Origin: a virus
Lineage: Duplodnaviria; Heunggongvirae; Uroviricota; Caudoviricetes
Direction: 5' to 3' (one strand)
Length of the DNA stretch: 10,062 nucleotides
IMG/VR virus record: IMGVR_UViG_2579779107_000005
How positions within the stretch are numbered: the stretch's first letter is position 1; every line of letters begins with the position of its first letter. The notes below the pieces were generated by a model. It had not been told where the DNA came from, searched no databases, and saw only the letters and a program-made list of their open reading frames with translations. Below are positions 7,466 through 10,062 of the stretch, piece after piece. The position numbers were made by a program, and so were the translations under genes.

Positions 7466-7917
7466 GGCATGCTCCAGGGATCGAGCAGAGCGCCGTTGGT
7501 GCGACAGCGCACCTTGGTCAGCGCTGCGATCGACCCATTCTCGACGCCGAGGACCTGGAACCCGAAACGCGCGAGGGCGGGGTTGTCGCCACCGGGGAGC
7601 GCGCGGATGACCATGCCCTGCTGCAACACGGGGTCGCCGGGCTCAGGGATGAACTGGATGCGAAAGTCCACGATCCCCTGCAGCAGGCCCGCCTCGGTGA
7701 GGGCGGCAGCCTGGAGGGCCTTGAAGTAGGCGGGCCGGGGGCCGAGCACGAGCGTGGCTGCGCTCAGCCCCCCGGTGTCGGCATGAGGGTCGTAGTCGTC
7801 CGTCGGTGTCCTGGTGTTCGGGTCCAAGACGACGAGCTGGTCCTTGAGCATGCCTGCATCCAACAGCGCATCGCGAATCGCGCCGATGAAGTCGGTGGAG
7901 GCAGGGGCAAGGGCCAT
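7462..7917 (-). CDS. Head-to-tail stopper (head-closure) protein, DUF6093-like, 151 aa
   Basis: DYDPHADTG and C-terminal DNPALARFGFQVLGVENGSIAALTKVRC resemble actinophage stoppers; first gene of the stopper/gp10/terminator/tube series. Confidence 0.65.
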   Translation of the reverse strand: MALAPASTDFIGAIRDALLDAGMLKDQLVVLDPNTRTPTDDYDPHADTGGLSAATLVLGPRPAYFKALQAAALTEAGLLQGIVDFRIQFIPEPGDPVLQQGMVIRALPGGDNPALARFGFQVLGVENGSIAALTKVRCRTNGALLDPWSMP

Positions 7918-7945
7918 GCCTTCCAGGGTAGCGTTTGCTGGCTAA
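7917..7945 (-). promoter_or_regulatory. Candidate leaderless promoter (-10 TACCCT at 7930-7925, 7 nt before ATG 7917) with an operator-like site at 7934-7945
   Basis: Minus strand TTAGCCAGCAAA-CGC-TACCCT-GGAAGGC-ATG; exact match to TTWGCNNGCWAA 3 nt upstream of the -10. Confidence 0.55.
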
Positions 7946-8097
7946 ATTCCAGCAGGAATGTGCTGGTGGCAATACCAGCCGTTCGGCCACTCGTACGGCG
8001 TCGTCCACTTCTGGCGCGGGCATCGCTCGCCAGTCGCAGTTGTTCCGCAGCACTGGTGCTTCCAGATCGTCGACTCGGAGGGCCAGTCGTAAGTCAC
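7942..8097 (-). CDS. 51-aa putative zinc-finger protein (not in ORF track): MTYDWPSESTIWKHQCCGTTATGERCPRQKWTTPYEWPNGWYCHQHIPAGI
   Basis: GTGA overlap with the upstream stop, SD GAGGAG 5 nt upstream, fills the gap exactly; C-x3-T-x2-G-x2-C ... C-x2-H pattern. Confidence 0.75.
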   Translation of the reverse strand: MTYDWPSESTIWKHQCCGTTATGERCPRQKWTTPYEWPNGWYCHQHIPAGI

Positions 8098-8417
8098 GAG
8101 TGCTCCTCAAGGTAGCGGCGGCCGGCGTCGGTGATCTTGAATAGCGCCTGGTTCACCGAGTTGGAGCGGTGGTGAACAAGGCCGAGGCGTGACAGCTCCC
8201 AGGCGACACGCGCCCCCTTCATGGGCATGGTGCCGCCCATGGCTCCGGGATCGTTCGTGCCATGCTTGCGCGTGCGCTTCTCCCAGGCGGGGGAGTCGGG
8301 CCAGAGCTTCGCAGCGATCGCGCGCCCGGGGGTGCCGAGAGACCCCTCGTAATCGTCATCGTTGAGGTCTCGGATCGCGGCCAGAGCCCGGAGCTTGGCC
8401 GGAGTGAGGTCGGCCAT
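8094..8417 (-). CDS. 107-aa hypothetical protein, winged-helix-like (start revised to ATG 8417)
   Basis: TGATG overlap with the upstream stop. N-terminal LTPAKLRALAAI and C-terminal ELSRLGLV...FKITDAGRRYL resemble wHTH recognition-helix/wing motifs. Confidence 0.65.
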   Translation of the reverse strand: MADLTPAKLRALAAIRDLNDDDYEGSLGTPGRAIAAKLWPDSPAWEKRTRKHGTNDPGAMGGTMPMKGARVAWELSRLGLVHHRSNSVNQALFKITDAGRRYLEEHS

Positions 8418-8581
8418 CAGTAGCAGAACCACCCTTCGCAACTGCTGCAGCGAATACCGCCGCCATGTCCCGCGACGATCTTGTGCTTGCAGCCTACTGC
8501 CGCGCCCCACAGGATCGTTCGACCCTCTTCGCTTACCCAGGTTTCGCGTAGCGTTCCGGTCGGGCTGTTGGTCTTGCTCAT
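8417..8581 (-). CDS. 54-aa Cys-rich hypothetical protein (start revised to ATG 8581)
   Basis: ATGA overlap with the xis stop; MSKTNSPTG...GCKHKIVAGHGGGIRCSSCEGWFCY has C-x-H and CxxC, a possible zinc ribbon. Confidence 0.7.
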   Translation of the reverse strand: MSKTNSPTGTLRETWVSEEGRTILWGAAVGCKHKIVAGHGGGIRCSSCEGWFCY

Positions 8582-8772
8582 GCCGCCGCCTTCGTGTCCA
8601 TCTCCTGCTTCGCCAACCAGGCGTCGACGGTGGACTGGCGCCAGCGGAGTCGGTTGCCGATCTTGATGGGCTCGGGCAGGTCGTCGCCGTCGCTCCTCTT
8701 GCGGTAGATGGTCTGCTTTGCGAGCCCGAGTTGCTCGCCCAGGTCGTCGACGGTCAAGAGCCGGTCGCCCAT
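8578..8772 (-). CDS. xis: Excisionase / AlpA-family HTH protein (probable recombination directionality factor), 64 aa
   Basis: LLTVDDL..LGL..TIYR..G..LPEPIKIG.RLRWR..VDAWL signature; SD GGAGG; adjacent to the integrase. The RDF role is inferred. Confidence 0.85.
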   Translation of the reverse strand: MGDRLLTVDDLGEQLGLAKQTIYRKRSDGDDLPEPIKIGNRLRWRQSTVDAWLAKQEMDTKAAA

Positions 8773-8799
8773 GTTTCCTCCAGGTTCCAGTGGTTGCCA

Positions 8800-8844
8800 T
8801 TTAGCGAGCTAAAGCTATCTCATTTTGCCAGCTAATGCTATTCT
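8800..8844. promoter_or_regulatory. Divergent xis/int control region with two tandem operator-like sites (8801-8812, 8824-8835) and -10 candidates TATTCT (+, 8839-8844) and TAGCTT (-, 8817-8812)
   Basis: AT-rich 102-bp gap. Imperfect direct repeats TTTAGCGAGCTAAAGCTAT / TTTTGCCAGCTAATGCTAT, 23 bp apart, each containing TTWGCNNGCWAA. Confidence 0.7.
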
Positions 8845-8874
8845 TCTTCCTATTCATACCGAACAGGAGGTCTG

Positions 8875-10062
8875 GTGGCCCGGTCACGTACACCCGTCGG
8901 CGCGCACGGCGACATCAATCTCAAGCAGATCGCCCCGGGCAAATGGCGGGCGCGCACGCTCTACCGCTTCGAGGATGGCACCCGTCGTCAGGTCGAGCGC
9001 GCCGGCAGCACGAAGGGCAAGGCCCAGAACGCGCTCCTCGAGGCACTCACCACGATCGGCGTGCCGGACTCCCGCACGGGAAAGATGAAGGCGACCATGA
9101 CCGTTGCCGACCTGGCCGAGGTCTACCTTGAGACGAAGCGCAAGGAGAAGCTCGCGCCCAACAGCATCCGCACCTACACCCAGTGGGCACGCTCGAACAT
9201 CGTGCCGCAGCTCGGCGCTCTGCGCGCCACCGAGGTGCGCCCGATGGTCGTGCAAGAGTTCTGTGACCGGGTGACCGACGAGAACGGCGCCGGAACGGCC
9301 TACAACTGCCGGAAGGTGCTGCGAGGCATGTTCGCCCTTGCGCTTCTGAATGACGTCGTGAAGGTGAATCCGGTTGTCGGCGTGAAGGTGTTCGGAGTGG
9401 GTGACGTCGGCAAGGCGGCGAAGGCCCTTCCGCTCGATGGCGTCGACAGCTTCCTCGACGTCGTGCGCAACGACCCCGCGATGCGCTCCGCCGGCATCCC
9501 GGATATCTGGGAGTTCATGGCCTTCACGGGCTGTCGCATCGGCGAGGCGCTCGCGCTTCGGTGGTCCCACGTCGACTTCGAGGCGGGCGCCATCACGCTC
9601 GGTCCTTCCATCGCAGAGTACGAGGGGCCGGTGCGCATCTGGGAGCCCGCGAAGACGGACAAGTCCTTGCGCACCATCATCGTGCCAGCGCGGACGATGG
9701 CCCTGTTGCGGGGCATCAAGGAGCGGGTGCCGCATACCGACGAGGGCCTCGTCTTCCCGCACCCGACGGGCAAGATTTACCGGCCGACACGCCTCGAGCA
9801 AATCTGGGAGCGCAACCGGGAACGGCTCGGCTACCCCGAGTTCACCTCGCACGGCTTCCGAAAGACCGTCGCGACTATGCTGGATGCGGCGGGGCTCACC
9901 GCTCGAGAGATTGCGGAATACCTCGGACACAAGCGCCCCTCCTTCACCCAGGACGTCTACATGTCGCGCGAGGTGGGAAGCAACAAGGTGGCGAAGTTCT
10001 TCGACTCAAAGTTCGGGGAAAGTTCGGGATCGGAGGGGGAGCGGGATGCGAAATCCGCGTAA
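8875..10062 (+). CDS. int: Tyrosine integrase, 395 aa
   Basis: SD AGGAGG plus GTG. Catalytic motifs TGCRIGE (R), PAKT (K), SHGFRKT (HxxR), LGHK (H), TQDVY (Y). N-terminal arm-binding-like segment (GKWRAR...DGTRRQV). TAA at 10060-10062. Confidence 0.97.
   Translation: MARSRTPVGAHGDINLKQIAPGKWRARTLYRFEDGTRRQVERAGSTKGKAQNALLEALTTIGVPDSRTGKMKATMTVADLAEVYLETKRKEKLAPNSIRTYTQWARSNIVPQLGALRATEVRPMVVQEFCDRVTDENGAGTAYNCRKVLRGMFALALLNDVVKVNPVVGVKVFGVGDVGKAAKALPLDGVDSFLDVVRNDPAMRSAGIPDIWEFMAFTGCRIGEALALRWSHVDFEAGAITLGPSIAEYEGPVRIWEPAKTDKSLRTIIVPARTMALLRGIKERVPHTDEGLVFPHPTGKIYRPTRLEQIWERNRERLGYPEFTSHGFRKTVATMLDAAGLTAREIAEYLGHKRPSFTQDVYMSREVGSNKVAKFFDSKFGESSGSEGERDAKSA
10008..10029 (+). repeat. Tandem direct repeat AAAGTTCGGG x2 (11-bp period); candidate integrase arm-type sites
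   Basis: AAAGTTCGGGG AAAGTTCGGGA within the low-complexity 3' end of int. Function is inferred from the usual position of arm sites flanking attP. Confidence 0.55.

Larger units (their letters stand above)
1..10062. mobile_element. Part of a temperate siphovirus-like prophage/integrative element (integration cassette plus non-contractile tail module), probably with an actinobacterial host
   Basis: Tyrosine integrase, Xis/AlpA-like gene and canonical siphoviral tail gene order (stopper, gp10-like, terminator, tube, chaperones, tape measure). Element boundaries are not in the window. Host assignment is inferred from high GC and protein style. Confidence 0.93.

Noticed and set aside
6576-8800. 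ORF-track starts at 7034, 8510 and 8800
   Set aside because: They overlap upstream genes extensively; coupled starts at 7016, 8417 and 8581 fit better.
8884-9930. Antisense ORFs 8884..9930 and 9300..9773 within int
   Set aside because: Opposite to a complete integrase with all catalytic motifs; no recognisable features.
1-10062. tRNA, rRNA, CRISPR array, insertion sequence, lysis or head genes
   Set aside because: No cloverleaf, regularly spaced repeats, transposase or corresponding protein motifs seen; almost all of the window is accounted for by the listed genes.

Overview
High-GC, actinobacterial-type temperate siphovirus(-like) element. The minus strand carries one continuous gene chain, reading right to left. 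It begins with an AlpA/Xis-like HTH gene and three small coupled genes (two Cys/His-rich, one winged-helix-like; the 51-aa one is missing from the ORF track). A non-contractile tail module follows: head-to-tail stopper, HK97-gp10-like tail completion protein, tail terminator, a 69-aa protein, two tandem paralogous tail tube proteins (the second with a C-terminal Ig-like domain), an intrinsic terminator, a tail assembly chaperone pair joined by a -1 frameshift, and a TP901-type tape measure gene that runs off the left edge (also missing from the ORF track). A tyrosine integrase is transcribed divergently at the right end. Main oddities: (1) the tail module starts at the stopper directly behind xis, with no terminase, portal, capsid or adaptor genes in between; (2) no repressor gene lies between the divergent int and xis; (3) a 12-bp pseudo-palindrome TTWGCNNGCWAA recurs at the int/xis promoters, at the start of the tail module, before the chaperones and inside the tape measure gene, suggesting one regulator controls both recombination and tail genes. 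All product calls come from motif recognition and synteny; no database searches were run.
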